Source: Eledone cirrhosa (lineage: Eukaryota). From it: DNA of 64,000 bases. The stretch is from contig OZ024742.1 in the NCBI GenBank assembly GCA_964016885.1, forward strand, positions 149,048,001 to 149,112,000. Reading direction: 5' to 3'. Below, piece after piece: positions 1 to 13,662 of this stretch (within the stretch, counting starts at the first letter, position 1; the number at the start of each line of letters is the position of its first letter). The notes under the pieces are model-generated. The model worked only from the letters and a program-made list of their open reading frames with translations. It was not told the origin of the DNA and made no database searches. Both the position numbers and the translations under genes were made by a program.

Positions 1-3000
1 AACACCAAATACACAGTAATTACACACCAAACAAAATATCACAACAGGCATTACACATACTCTACACAATAGAACAAACACTAAAATAACACTATAAACG
101 AGCTAAACCCCATAAAAAAGCAAGACTGGTTGGTGTGTGTTACACTAACATGGGTCTATACTCCATTCCAAAAAATAAAAACACAATGCTGCACACACCT
201 CGGTAACACAGAAGTACACCGGGTGATGCAGTAGAAAATTACATAAAATTGAAAATAATAATAATAATAATAATATGCCTCAGATTTACAGAGAAGTGGA
301 ATGCAGAAGCTTGTGAGGTTCATACTTTACTTTAGCAATGCAAGTTTCCAACCGAAAATCAAAACTGGGTAATTGAGAATTAATTACCACATTACTTACA
401 ACACCTGCCATATTTATCATTTATACTATAAATAATGATGATGAAAATGATGATATAAATAAAAAACAACTCCCTTCCCCTTCGAAAAATATTAACTCAC
501 TTATAAATCACATTACAGCCTAAAGTGATCCAAAGAAAGAACAAAACTTTTACAATGTATAAGAAGTTGATTAAAATATTCAGAATATAGCAAAGAAAAT
601 TCTCCACAATTTTTTCTTCGTTTTTTTTTTTTATAGTAGCAACAGTCCATTTGGTTAATAAATAAATAAATAAATCAACAATTTACAAAGGCCTGAAAAA
701 GAGAGGTGTTTTGAAAAACTTCATGCCAGAAGTATCAAAAAAGAACCATTTAAATAGGAAAAAAACTCACAGAATGTTTTGTTAGGTTATACAATTTCAT
801 AAATTTTGATTTCCATCATATCCTAATATAACCAATGTTTAAATGACTTAAGAGAGAAACCTGTACAACCTAAGACCAGAACTGCTGAGAGCAACACTTA
901 GAATACTTTGTCTATGGCATAAAAGGCCCTAACTACATGGAAGCGCTTTCAAATCAATTACTTGTTTTCTCCTTTTACTCCATTAATATGTGTGTTGTCT
1001 GTATAGTCTCAGGTCAGCTAAGATTGAGCAAACCGATGATAAAAGCATTCCAGCCATAATCAAGCCATATTTTGTTCCCCCTAGTTTATCTAGGACTGCA
1101 TTATTCAATTTGTCCTATTAAGATGGAGGAGGGTAATTTGTGAATTGGCTGGTATTTTGAGCAGGATGAAAGACCACATAAAGATTCCCTCACTATCTTT
1201 TTGTTGCTAAAGTGATGAAGATATATGAGACTGTAAATTCCCAGGCAGCTTGCTTTAATGTAATGAGTTCTTGTGCTAAAATCCTGCTGGAGTTGAGTTG
1301 CTTTTCAATTCACCAGGGTTGATAAAAACAAGAAGTAATAATATACCAAAGTAATTGAAAAGTGTAGACCAGTTCCTGTGAGGATTAACCTCCAATATAA
1401 TAAACAGAAAGAAATAATATGGTTGTTGCCATTGGTACCAAGTTTAGAGATTAATGCTTGGTAGTAAACAGAGATAGTCTACTTTGCTTTTTCACCATTT
1501 ATCTTAATACAATACTAATGTGTTTGTTTTTTTAACCCAGGAAAAGATGAAATATTTTAGTAAAATTTGAACTCAGCAGTTTATTCATTGACACAACAGC
1601 CATTCAGCCTACCTTCCATGAGGTTGATCAGAATAGATATACCTATTTGCCACATTATCATCCTACATTCTCTGCATTTTATGTGGTCTGCTGGCTGACA
1701 GAACAACATCATATTTTGTGGCTTGAAAACCAACTGAATACTACTGGTCAAAGGTATTTACAGCTGATCCCAAAACGCTGAACCTCAGTGAAGAGATGAC
1801 AAAGAAACACGTGTGGAGGCATGATATGCTGGAGAGGATCCATTAAACTCATGCATGGAAAAGTGGACATAAAATGACAATGATGATGTTCTGTAACATA
1901 CTGTGTCACATTAATAGCATTTAAAGACTGTCTTATGCATTATGTTAAATTAGACTGGCAGAGACATACACAAAATGTGATTTAAACTTAGAACATCATG
2001 CATCTGTGAATTACACAGCTTTTTTATAGTGTTGAGATATATTTACTCCTGTTACCTATTTACAACTAGGTTATACACATACAATTAGAGTGTTATAAAT
2101 TTGGAAAGTGTGCACAGCTGGTGACAACATACAAACCACTAACCTTGCTACTAATAAGCTAACACTTTATCAAGTTAGTCAGCTGCAACTCTATTCAAAA
2201 TTAAAATCCTATCAAAAATTACCATAAGGTCAAGTAGATACATCCATGACAAAAACAATTAGGAAGACTGCATTAGAATATCATCAAATGCAAATTCTTT
2301 CTAATGCAGACTCTTATTTCTCAAGTAATTGAAATTAAAATTTTAACACACATCCTACCCATCTATGCTAGAAAGATAGTTTAAGAACTAAGAAAGATCA
2401 TTTCAAATTTAAAACAACACTAACACTGATCTTTAAGGTTTTAGAGGCTTGGAGAACAGATATCCCTTCACTGCCATGAAAAGGAAAGGTCAGGTAAACC
2501 ATTATGATGTCATCATCATCATTGTAGTTTAACATCTATTTTCCATGCAAGCATGGGTTAGACGGAGGTGCATGGGATTATATATATATATACATACACA
2601 CAGCATATATCGTCATCACTGTTTAAAATCTATTTTCTATGTTAGCATGGGTTAGATTGGTTGTCATGTTATGAGGTCAGACAGGCCAGGTGCTCAGTCT
2701 TGCTCTTATGTTCTTGGTTTGTTTTCTAAGACCCTATGCCCTTCCTAATGGCAACTAACTTACAGGATGGACTGGGTGCTCTTTTGTCATTCAGCAAATT
2801 GAAGCAAGTGTCCTAAATTTATAAGCTATAGTATGTTTTACATTTCTTATAAATAACTGGTAAAAAAAGGTTTAATTCTGCTATTTAAGAAAGCAGAGAT
2901 GGAATCATTGATAGTTAACTACTTTGCAGATAATGTAACCATGAATCCACTCATTGTTGGAGTAGGAAACAAACTCTAGTTACTTTAGGTGATACTTTCA

Positions 3001-3311
3001 GCAGTTCCAGCGTCAAAAGTGGGAAAACTTTTATATAAAAAATTTTCCTGTGGCTAAACTTGATAAATGATCTTTAGATATAACAGAATGCTTATTTAAT
3101 TTGTACTTTCTCTTCCAAAAAGCCTTCCATCACTTCCATTGAACTTTTAGACCTTAGTTTGAGACAAACAGCCCCCCTTCCCACCCTCTCTGTAATTTAT
3201 GTATCACAGTTTATAATCAATCTGCCCTTATGTTACACCAGACTACTATGGGCACCTCACTAAAATGTTTTCTTTCAAGGACAGAGCCTTGCTACATCAA
3301 AAATTAATCAC

Positions 3312-3401
3312 CTCTCTGGATTCTTTTTCTTCTTGTAAGGCTTTTTCCCTTTCTTCTAAATATTCGTCTTGTATACTTTTCATCTCATATTTCATCAGAG
3401 T
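3312..3401 (-). CDS. CCDC91: Coiled-coil exon: TLMKYEMKSIQDEYLEEREKALQEEKESRE
   Basis: Long polypyrimidine tract ending ttttatag, GAG|gtgatt donor; 90 bp, E/K-rich. The remaining C-terminal exons were not located. Confidence 0.8.
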
Positions 3402-4326
3402 CTATAAAAAAAAAGAGAAAAGAAATAATGAAGTAATGCAATAAATACAATATTACAAATGAGTCTTTGCCAGTGACATAATATGTAACTTGGTACCTTA
3501 TCAAATGAATCAGAATGAATAAAGGAAGAATCATTATCCATTTGATGCCCACATCTGCTGCAAATATATTGAATGTTACTTTTATAATATAGAGAAGTAG
3601 TACATCCCAACATAATGTTTTGGAGTTATGGGGTTATTGTTGTTATTTAGGTCTAACTCAGTCCTGATCAAGTAGACTCATAAACAAGTGTTTCACTGTT
3701 ATAATCCTAACTTTTGGAATATTAGAGATTACCACACTGTCTGAAACAGCATTCTTTATTTAAGACGATAAGTATGATTTAATGGAGATTTTGCTGTTAT
3801 TTCTAGCAGTTTAAGTACATAGAAGTGCCTTCTGATTTTTTTTTTTCTGTAGCAAGCTCCGACTCACACAATTTTTAATAATTCAAGAATAATCACCCTC
3901 AAACACCAAGACATACATATCTACAACATCCCATAAGAGTCTTGCATCTTACTTACCTATGTTCCCGCACTCTACCAAGTGCTTCGGTGGGCTGGAGTCC
4001 CTTATCTCACTTACAAAACATTTCCACGTTCTAGGGAGGTTGTATTATTTTTGACACAACTAAAGAGTCCTTTTGACCAGGTGTTCAACAAATTTTCTAC
4101 AGTAAGATGCCTTTCTTATCACCAACTACTTTATAGAGTGCACTGGATGCATTTATCATATAGATCCCCATATATATATATATATATATATATCATCATC
4201 ATCATTGTTTAACATCCGCTTACATGCAGTCTCATGTTCTACCCAGTGCACCAGTATGAGAGCGGTGTCATGTCTCTGACTCAACTGAAGGGACCCCCAT
4301 ATGTATATGTACATATATATATATAG

Positions 4327-4652
4327 GGGTTAGAGCATTGGCCTTGCAATCGAAAGGTTGTGAGTTCAATTCTCAGACCGGGCGATGTGTTGTTTCCTTG
4401 AGCAAGGCACTTTATTTCACATTGCTCCAGTTTACTCAGCTGTAGAAATGAGATGATAGGACTGGGGTCCCCATCATTCCACTGCAAAGTGGTCGTGGAG
4501 GTGCCACGGCAAAAAAGCACCCAGCACTCACTGTAAATGAGGTTGGTGTTAGGAAGGGCATCCAGCTATAGAAATCAAGCCAGAATCAGTTCCCGTCCCA
4601 CCCTTGCAAGCAGGTAAAAGTGGACATAAAATGAAATAATGATGATGATGAT
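4327..4652 (+). mobile_element. tRNA-derived CORE-type SINE with RTE-related tail
   Basis: A/B-box-like ggttagagc...gagttcaattc, CORE-like ccttgagcaaggcactt, aggaagggcatccag motif, RTE terminus and (GAT)n tail. Confidence 0.8.
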
Positions 4653-4924
4653 ATACAGTGGAACCTCAGTTCACAAACGATCCTCATCACAAAAAAAAAA
4701 ATCAGTTCACAAATGGTGTCTCAAGTAATGAACATGCAAGCCAGCAACAACGGTTAGCAACAAGATTGAAGTATCAGCAGGAAAGTGTCACATGCTGTGT
4801 AGATAGTTACTATGGTGATATCTATCTGTCTTTCACTGTATTTTTTCTCTCAACATAGTTTCATGTACTACTCACGGACATACATAAGTACGTATGTACA
4901 TATGTATATGCATATATATACACA

Positions 4925-5410
4925 AGTGCCCAACCCAAACTGTAAAGTGGTCGTGTAAGTGTCATGACAAAGGGCACCCAGTACACACTGTAAATGTGGT
5001 TGGTGTTACAAAGGACATCCAGCCATAGAAACCAAGTGAAAATCAGTTCTGTATGAGCAAGACATCTGACCTGGCTTGTCTCACAATGAGACAGCTCGTC
5101 TAACTCATGCTTATGTGAAAAATGGATGTTAAACGCTAATGATGATATATTTATATATATATATATAATCACCATCATCATCATCGTTTAACAACCATTA
5201 TCCTATGCTAGCAGGGGTTAGACGAGCTGTCCTGTTCTGAGCAATGCCAGTCAGGTGACCATGTCTTACTCATACAGAAATGATTTTAGCTTGGTTTCTA
5301 TGGCTGGATGCTCTTCCTAATGCCAACCTCATTTACAGTGACTACTAGGTGCTTTTTGTTGTGACACTTACACAACCATTTTACAGTGTGGGCTTTTGAC
5401 TAGTCCTTTT
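4925..5410. mobile_element. Two SINE tails, tail-to-tail across a (TA)n tract
   Basis: + copy 4925-5147 and - copy 5170-5410 carry the same motifs. Confidence 0.8.
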
Positions 5411-5529
5411 TATGCTATTCCATGATTTTCTCCTATGTAGTGGGCAAATCACATTTATATGATTCTCCATAATGATTTTGATTTTAACAATGGCTCCTTT
5501 CTACACCCTGACCCTGTCTCTTTGGTTAT

Positions 5530-6020
5530 AACCAGAAAACTACAAGCGGTGGATAAAGTGCTGTATGTGTCTCTTTAACTCTGTTGGATGGCACATGCAG
5601 GACACATTTCTCATCACCATTACCAGGTCTGCTATCAAGATATTGAACTTAGCACTATTTAAGATAGTTGTGTTCCAGTGGATCATCAGACATGCCTTCC
5701 AGTGAGTTCTATCAGAAGCAACCATCTCCAAATGATCCAACTGGATCCCCAAGAGAGACCAACTGAGTTTATAGATGTTATCCAACCATCTTGCTCATGG
5801 TCGACCTCTAAGTCTCCTGCCTGTTAAACCTGTCCAGTGGCAGGTTTAACGTGGCTAGAATATCTAAGTTTCCTTAGATATTCTAACCATGTCTATAGTA
5901 CCAGAGCTATGATCTGTGGAGAAGTAGTGGCTCTACTTGGAGAAACTCGTTGACCTCCAAGCTATGCACCCTATCAAATAACATTACTCCAAAGCTCTTT
6001 GGAAAAACTCCATTTAAACT
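5530..6020 (-). mobile_element. Decayed LINE 3' fragment (third RTE-like family)
   Basis: Translates as RGRP..WLDNIYKLSWSLLGIQLDHLEMVASDR; homologous to 13110-13560 and 57020-57178. Confidence 0.7.
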
Positions 6021-6081
6021 CCTACTGAACAAAATGTGATGTACAATGCACTGAATATACAAAATATTAAAAAATACTTGC

Positions 6082-6168
6082 CATTTCTTCTTTGAATTTC
6101 TTTTGAGATTCCAGCTGTTGTTGGTGAAGTGCTTCATCGAGAGCTCTTTGATGGATAGTTTGTTCTTC
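6082..6168 (-). CDS. CCDC91: Coiled-coil exon: EEQTIHQRALDEALHQQQLESQKKFKEEM (GC donor)
   Basis: attttag acceptor; 87 bp; followed by GCAAGT, which keeps phase 0 into the next exon. Confidence 0.8.
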
Positions 6169-8299
6169 CTAAAATACATAGGGAACATTTAAATATTTCC
6201 ATACAAAGTACAATAGAATCACTAAAAGAAGTTGCAAACAAAATAAATAAATGAAATATATTTTTTATGTGTGGTAACTAGCAATTTTAATCCATAACAA
6301 AGTTTCACATTTCCTCAGTTTTGATCCACAACAACTATATCAACAACATATTTACATCATCTTCATCTTCATCATTGTCATTTAGCATTCATTTTCCTTG
6401 CCAGCAAGGGTTGGACATGTTGTCACAGACTAGTCATTATTCAAGTAGAGCAACTAACCTCCAGGTAAACTGGGGTCTTGACATACAATCTCACATTCCA
6501 CTGAGTACATTTTATCATGGCATAAAGACTAGGGAAGTTGTCATATCCTGGACGCCAGCTAAAGAGTCCTTAATCATTTGTTTGTCAAGTTTCCTATGGC
6601 TAGATGCCCTTTCTATCACCAACCACTTTACAGAGTATACTGGATGGTCATTTATTATATGGTTCACCAACATTAGGAAGGTTGTTATGTCTAAGGCACA
6701 GCTGAAGCGTCCTCTCGAACTTTGCATTTATTGTGTCATAAAATATTAGCAAATCATTAAGTCATAGTTAAAGCATTAGTCTCAAAAGATGAAAAGACTT
6801 TTTAAAAGTAGGAATATCAAATTTAACATCACATTGGCAAAAGACAAAATGGAGCATATATTAATTAAATATATTTGTTTCAACCTATTTTTAAATCTGT
6901 TTACTCTTTGTTATAGGGGAAAAAAAAAAAAAAAAAAAAAACGTTTCATGGGGTAAACCCAAATACAAATTTTAGAAAAATCTTATTAGAAAGCTGAAAA
7001 CAGTGAGTTATCTTTCAGAAAATAGACAACGTGAACACAACAAAATCAGTAAAGAATCTAATAATGATTAAAGGATTATCATCAAAGGGAACTTCTGTGA
7101 TGATTAGACTTACGGTCATAACTTTCTGCAATGATTCCTGATAACGGTTTTGTTCTTGGTGGAAATACTTTTCAAATTCATCCTAAACAAGAAAGTTAAA
7201 CTTTTAATCAATAAGGTTGGGAAAGAAGAAAGAGGAGGAGGGGAGAGAGGGAGAAAGAGTGATAAGGAGGAGAGAGGGGTGGAGAAAGGGGAGAGAGATA
7301 TAAAGAGAGGAGAAAAAAAGAAGAGAGGGAAGAGAGAGTGAAAGGAAGAGAGTGCTACAAAACCAATTCAGATTCAGCTGTTCAACAAACATTCCCAGTC
7401 AGCAAAAACATTGCAGATGATAATGATCACCACCATTTAATGTCTATTTTATATGTTAGACAGCTTGTCATATTATGAGACAAGTCAGGTCAGGTGACCA
7501 TGTCTTGCTAATATGGAACTGCTTCTGGCTTGGTTTCTATGACTGAATGCCCTAACACCAACTACTTTACAATATGAATTGGGTGCTTTTTCATTGTGGT
7601 ACCAGCAAATCTTTAAAGAAATGAACAATGGCATATTATAAATATGACTTGGCTTATAATTTTGTTTTCTTTTAGAGTTATAGCTCTTTGGTATGTAACT
7701 TTATCTGAGAGTGTGTATTGAAACAAACAATCTCATTGTGGTAGTCATGATAGGCATTAAAAATTACAGATATATAATGTTATATTCACTTTTGTTTTAA
7801 TTGATGACATCCTGATTTCTAGAATCGGTATATCCAAGCCCACACTGTAAAGTGGCCATGTAGGTGTCACAACAAAAAGCACCCAGTACTTATCATAGTG
7901 TGCAGTATGGTAATCAGTTAGAAGTACACATAGTGGGACAGATAGAAATCTTAGGATGATATTGCATATGTGCCTGGGTGTTTAGGGATGCTTTTTCATG
8001 AAATAAGACAGAATGTGGAAGACTGAAGCTTGATGTATCAACAAAATATTCCCCCTCACATATCCTAGGGTTCTTTTATTTTTTAATACATTTATTTTGT
8101 TTTGTATATAGTCTGTGAGTGTAGTTTGGATTCATAGTGCACAATTCTGAGTTCTGTGTAGTCAATTGTAGCTTGGTTTGGAGAACTTAGATGGCCTAGA
8201 CATTAAGGACACTGACTGATAACAACAACTATGAAAATAATGATGGTGATGATAATGTTGGTGATGAAAGCTATAATAAATTACAAAGTCCATTAATCT

Positions 8300-8522
8300 G
8301 GGAACACAGTCAACCCTGTAAGGTTGTTGTACTGGTGTAAGGACAAAAAGCATGCAGTCTACCTTGTAAGGTGGCTGGCATTAGAAAGGGCATCCAGCCC
8401 CAGGAAACACAGCCAAAAATGATGCGTATGAGCAAGATGCTGTCACCTGACCTGCCTGGCCTCATAATGTGACAACCTGTCTAACCCATGGAAAATAGAT
8501 GTTAATTGGTGATGATGATAAT
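8300..8522 (+). mobile_element. SINE/RTE tail fragment
   Basis: agaaagggcatccagc motif, tctaacccatggaaaatagatgtta terminus and GAT tail. Confidence 0.75.
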
Positions 8523-8559
8523 AGGAAACTACCAAGTTACTCTCCTCCTCTAAACTTAC

Positions 8560-8652
8560 TCGCTGCACAGACTTCTGATCTTCAAGGGCAGTTTTGATTC
8601 TGTGTTCATTTTCTTCTTTTTCTTTCTTGAGAACATCAAAAAGTTGTTCATG
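8560..8652 (-). CDS. CCDC91: Coiled-coil exon: HEQLFDVLKKEKEENEHRIKTALEDQKSVQR
   Basis: tctttcag acceptor and gtaagt donor; 93 bp. Resembles HQRLLEMLDTEKE of CCDC91. Confidence 0.88.
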
Positions 8653-10514
8653 CTGAAAGACATAAAATCATTGGCTTGTTAAGTCACTCAGCTCAAATAT
8701 AAAAAGTATTCTCCAACTAAAAAGAAGAGCCCTAGTCTTTTTGTACAGACATGGTTGTATGGTTTACAAGTTCTCTGCACAATCTGGCTTGACCCACTGC
8801 ACAACATCTTAGACAAGTGTCTTTTACCATAGACTTGGGTTGATCAATGCCTTGTGAATGGAATTTGCGAGACGGACCACTGCTATATGTATGTGAATGT
8901 GTATATGTATACATCGAGGTATATCAGTGAGAGATGTAAAAATCAGAGAGAAAATTGAAAGTTCAGTGTTTTCAAACAAAATTCCTTGTGATATTTGTTC
9001 TGCAATGAGTTTCACAAATGCTCCCTTGTTAAGGATGCTCTCCTTGCCATCAAAAATGCAGTGAACCAGTGATTGGTTCATTAAAAACTTGCAACCAATA
9101 ATACTTTTGTCTCCTCATTGCATCCTGCCTGTGAATGGAAGTCCCTGAGATGAAGTGGCTGATGCAGTGAATGTTGCAGGCTGTCCTCCACAGCAATACT
9201 GTCACCATATTGTCCACAGTGTACAGCTGAGATATACCACCTAGACAGGGATGTAGAGTCTGCCTTTCTCTTCCTCTTTTCCATTCTTTTTTAATTATTT
9301 AATTTGTTGTTGTTCATTATGTGGAAATATAATATTCTCAGTTTATAAAGCATATTAGCTTGAGATGATGTAGACAAAGTCCCCGATGATAATGAGCGCC
9401 AAGGTCGTTGAAGATCATACAAAACAATATCACTTAAGATGATTTTATTTGAGATGGGTTGCCTGAGGTGAAGTGAATGTGTCATTGCCTGAGATGAAGA
9501 GTGCAGTGGCTAAATGGTTTAACTCTTAACATCCTGTACCACATGAAACCACATTAACCAGATATTCTTGAAAAGTATAAAACAGGACTATGGCTCCATC
9601 AAACATTATTTTCTACTAAATCATTATAGGCTGATAAGAGTTAACTTATTGTTTACTTTCACTCTTCGTCATCATTTTTACATTGAGGTTTCCATGTAGG
9701 CATGAGTTGGGTTGAAATTTTTGAGGCAATGTGTTATAGCTGGATACCCTTTCCTGGCATCATCCATTTTAGTGCTTCTTATGGTATACAAGGATACAAT
9801 GTACCCATTCTAATCAGAATACACACAGTAAAAATAGTATTTGAAATGATGTTCAAAGGTCCCAAAGTTATTATGGAAAAGACATTGGTTTATTAGTTAT
9901 TATTTCAATGAAGTGTAAGTAACCTAGTCCTGTAGAACATAACTGTGTTTAGTGTCCTTTTTCATTCAGCCATTTTCGATTCCCTGCTGGATGAACCCTC
10001 AGCAATTATACTTGTTTTAGGCTTACTTATCCATATTGATCAAGTGTAGATTGGAGGAGATATTTCAGTGGTCAGCTGATAAGCCCCAATCATCAGGACC
10101 TACATAGAATATAAATTCAGAATGTAGAGAGTGGGAACAGATTTTTCAAATCATCTCGTCTGATGTTCTAACAATCCCATTTATCCATTACCTTGGACTG
10201 ATTCATTATCGACCCCAAAAAGATGAAAGATGAATTTGATCATGGCAAGGTTCAGTAAGTCAGAATAAATACTGTAAGGCATTGTCTGCTACTGAAACGG
10301 CTCTGCCAAATTGTTGCCTCATGTCTCTCTGTCAGCTTTCTAGCTTTCTAAGATTAGATATAACTGATTTGGCAGAACTGTTAGCAGGTAGAACAAAATG
10401 TCCTGCAGTCTATATTTGATGGTTCTGCTGTAGTGTAGTGCATGAAACATTTAGTAGAAAGTTTGATATGTATTTTCTTCAGTTGTTCATATTTTGTGTC
10501 TGCATGCGTGGACA

Positions 10515-10985
10515 GATCATCATCACCACCATTTAACATCCATTTTACATGCTTGCATGGGTTAGACAGGCTGTCATATCATGGGGCCAGACTTGTCAGG
10601 TGACCACATCTTGCTCATATGATCCATTTTGGGCTTGGTTTTCTTCCTAACACCAACCATCTTATAGGGTGGATTGGATGGTTTTGTCATGTCACCAACA
10701 TGACTACCTTACAAGGTAGACTGATTGCTTTTTGTCATATCACCAGCATAACCACCTTGCAGGGTAGACTGGGTGCTTTTTGTCATGGCACCAGCATGAC
10801 TACCTTACATGGTGGACAGAGTGCTTTTTGTTATGTTACTAGCACAACCACCTTACAGGGTAGACTGGGTGCTTTTTGTCATGTCACCAGCACGACCACC
10901 TTATAGGGTAGAGTGGGTGCTTTTTGTCATGTCACTAGCACAACCACCTTACAGGGTTGACTGGATGCTTTTTGTCATAGCATGT
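10515..10985 (-). mobile_element. RTE-tailed SINE fragment with an internal 48-bp unit expanded to ~7 copies
   Basis: (CAT)n tail and catgcttgcatgggttagac terminus; the tgtcat/tgttat anchor recurs every 48 bp from 10686 to 10974. Confidence 0.88.
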
Positions 10986-11006
10986 GCATGACTAAACATA
11001 ACTCAC

Positions 11007-11114
11007 CTGTTCCTGCAACATTTGAGTGTATTGGTCAGCTTCACTTTTTAGTTTCTCCTTCAAATGTGATTCTGCTACTTCTTGTTGCTGTAGTACAGCG
11101 GTCCGACACAAACT
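11007..11114 (-). CDS. CCDC91: Coiled-coil exon: SLCRTAVLQQQEVAESHLKEKLKSEADQYTQMLQEQ
   Basis: ttgttaaag acceptor and gtgagt donor; 108 bp, phase 0-0. Confidence 0.88.
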
Positions 11115-11499
11115 CTTTAACAACAAAAAGATAACAATAACAATATAGGACATTTAACTATCATCATCATCATCACCACCATTTAGCGTCCATTTTTCCA
11201 CGCTTTGATGGGTTAGACGAGTCGTCCATGTTGGAAGATATGTCTGGCAAGAGTTGGTCACGCCATACCTTGCTCCGATGAGGATGTAAATTTGGCTGGG
11301 TATTTTACAGATGGATGCCCTTCCTAACACCAACCACATTTAGAGTGTGGAACTGGATGGCACTGTTATGAGGAGGGACAGGCCAGTTGGCTGTGCTGAA
11401 CCCATCTCACAGCAGAACCTTAGTTTTGGAGTCGGGTACTGGAAAAAATAACTTACCCCCCCTAGCATCTGTCCATGTTTATATACTGAACCTCCATCA

Positions 11500-11760
11500 G
11501 TTCTGATGCCAAGTGTTCCAGTTATTTGAACAACTGAACAGCCTGCTCATGAAATTAATGTGCAAGTGGCTGAGCATTCCACAGACAGTATGTTATAAGG
11601 CTGGTCCTTTGACACAACGCATGCCAACTGAGGGGGACTGGAACAACATGGAATAAAGTATATTGCTCAAGGATGCAATGCAGTGGCCAGGCCTGGATTT
11701 GAACTTACAACCTTAGAACTATGAGCCTAACACCCTAAACACTAAACCCCACACCTTCAC
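11500..11760 (-). mobile_element. tRNA/CORE-type SINE (related copies at ~12560-12890 and ~53690-53905)
   Basis: Minus strand reads gtttagtgtttagggtgttagg...aagttcaaatcc...ccttgagcaa; gcctgctcat...gcaagtggctgagcattcca is shared with the copy at 12600. Confidence 0.65.
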
Positions 11761-12029
11761 ATATTTACGTATATACAAATATTTACATAGTCACTACACT
11801 TCTTAATCCATTGCAACCTTTTAGTGTATCCTTAATAGCATCTGGTTTTTAGTCTTTTTAAACCTCTATACTGTCTCCCCGTCACTAATCAAGAACTTGA
11901 GAGAAATTTCTAACCAAGTAAAAGGGGAGAAAGGAAGAAAGATATATAAAGTGGCAAAAAGAGAGACAGAGTGTGAAAGTAAACAAAACTGATGAAAGTA
12001 GTTGAAGACCTACTACCATAGTACTACCA

Positions 12030-12295
12030 TAGTACCCAGTCCACATGGTAAGGTGATAGTGCTGATGCCATGATGAAAAGTCCACCCTGTAAGGTGGTAG
12101 TACCAGAGTTACTATAAAATACTCCCAACACTGCTGTAAAGTGGTTGATGTTAGGAAAAGCATCCAGCTACAGAAACCATACCAAAATAAAGTGTACAGG
12201 CAGAACCTAGACACCTGACCAGTTTGGTCTCAGTACATGACAGTTTTCTAACCGATGCATGAATGAAAACTAGACATTAAACAATGATGATGATA
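12030..12295 (+). mobile_element. SINE/RTE tail fragment
   Basis: Internal repeats, gttaggaaaagcatccagc motif and GAT tail. Confidence 0.75.
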
Positions 12296-12520
12296 AACAC
12301 CACTTTACCGACTAGGTTTATACAACAGCTAACACTACTGGATATTGCTTAGAGGCAAATATATAATAATTTAGTTAAAGGTGTGAGAGTTTAGAATGAA
12401 ACTGTACTATCATACAACCACCATAAACACCACTTTCTCGACTAGGTTATACAACAGTTGATACTATAAACATTGCTAGAGGAAAATACAAGATAATATA
12501 ATTGAAGATGAGAGTTTGAT
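12292..12520. repeat. Diverged ~130-bp tandem duplication
   Basis: aacaccacttt..cgactaggtt.atacaacag occurs at ~12295 and ~12426. Confidence 0.75.
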
Positions 12521-13109
12521 AGATTAAACATTTGATATAAACATAAATAGACTTCTGTCGCTTTGATGAGAGTTCCAGTTCCTTGATCAACAGAATAGCC
12601 TGCTCATTAAATTAATAAGTAGCAAGTGGCTGAGCATTCCATAGATGCATGTATTCTTAACATAATTTTCAGAGGGAGATTTAGCATGACACATTGTGTG
12701 ACAAAGATGGCCCTTTGAGTTACAGATCCCATACATCAAATGGGATTCCAAACATTATACCTAATTTCATTCATGAAGCTTAGATTGACTCCAAGCTTTG
12801 GTAAACAACACTTGCCTAAGACAATATGCAGTATGATCAAATCCCAAACCTTACTATTGCAAAGTACATCTCTTAACCATTTAGCCATAATGCATCCATT
12901 GAATTGAAGGTAACGACAAATTGAATGATATTCTAAATTTTGGCTTAATGAGGGATCAACAAGGGTAGAAAAAAAAAAGGGGAATAGAATGGGTGAGAGA
13001 GAGAGGGAGGGAGGGAAAATAAAGAAGAAAGAAAAGAAAAAAAGAAATCTAAGACAACCACAACACAGCTAATAAAATCTAACAAAAATTATATAACACA
13101 TATAATGCT

Positions 13110-13560
13110 TCTTCACCCACTTATTCCTGGGAAGATCCTGTCAGAAGTAACTGTCTCCAATTGATCTTGCTTGATCACTAAGCAAGACCAGCCGAGCTCA
13201 TGGATGTTATCTTGCTCAGGGTCAACCCCTAGTTTTCCTGCGAGTTCGTTTTGTTCATGAAATCTGTCCAGCAATTCTTTCCTGAGACATTCTAACCACA
13301 TGTCCGTACTATTGTAGCTCTGATCTCTCAATTTGGAGAAGTAGCGGTTCTACCTGAAGTGACTCTCTGGGCTACACACTCTATCGAGAAACGTTACTCC
13401 AAAGACCCTTCGGAGGAACCCCATTTTGACTGTTTGTATTCGCAATCGTTTTCTTTTGGTTATTACCCAAGATCCATGACCATAGGAAAGGGTTCGCATT
13501 AAGTTCCAAATTGAAGATAGCGAGTTTAGCTTTTACATCTAGCTCCCTTCTTCTGGTTAT
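13110..13560 (-). mobile_element. Decayed LINE 3' fragment, same family as 5530-6020
   Basis: DNIHELGWSCL..QLETVTSDR, with an FKYLQFGT-like RT end upstream. Confidence 0.7.
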
Positions 13561-13662
13561 TGATTACATCCACAACACAGCCAATAAAAACTAACAGCTA
13601 TTATATAGAACACATAATGCAGTACAGTGCATAATGGTATCTGGAAAAAGAAATTAACTGAC

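Noticed and set aside
3095-3155. Possible further CCDC91 exon (SMEVMEGFLEEK)
   Set aside because: No acceptor in the required phase and no recognisable similarity to CCDC91.
7150-7392. Short charged/hydrophobic ORFs
   Set aside because: They derive from a GA-rich low-complexity tract.
10619-10991. Repetitive 95-aa and 60-aa ORFs
   Set aside because: They are read-through of the 48-bp SINE subrepeat.
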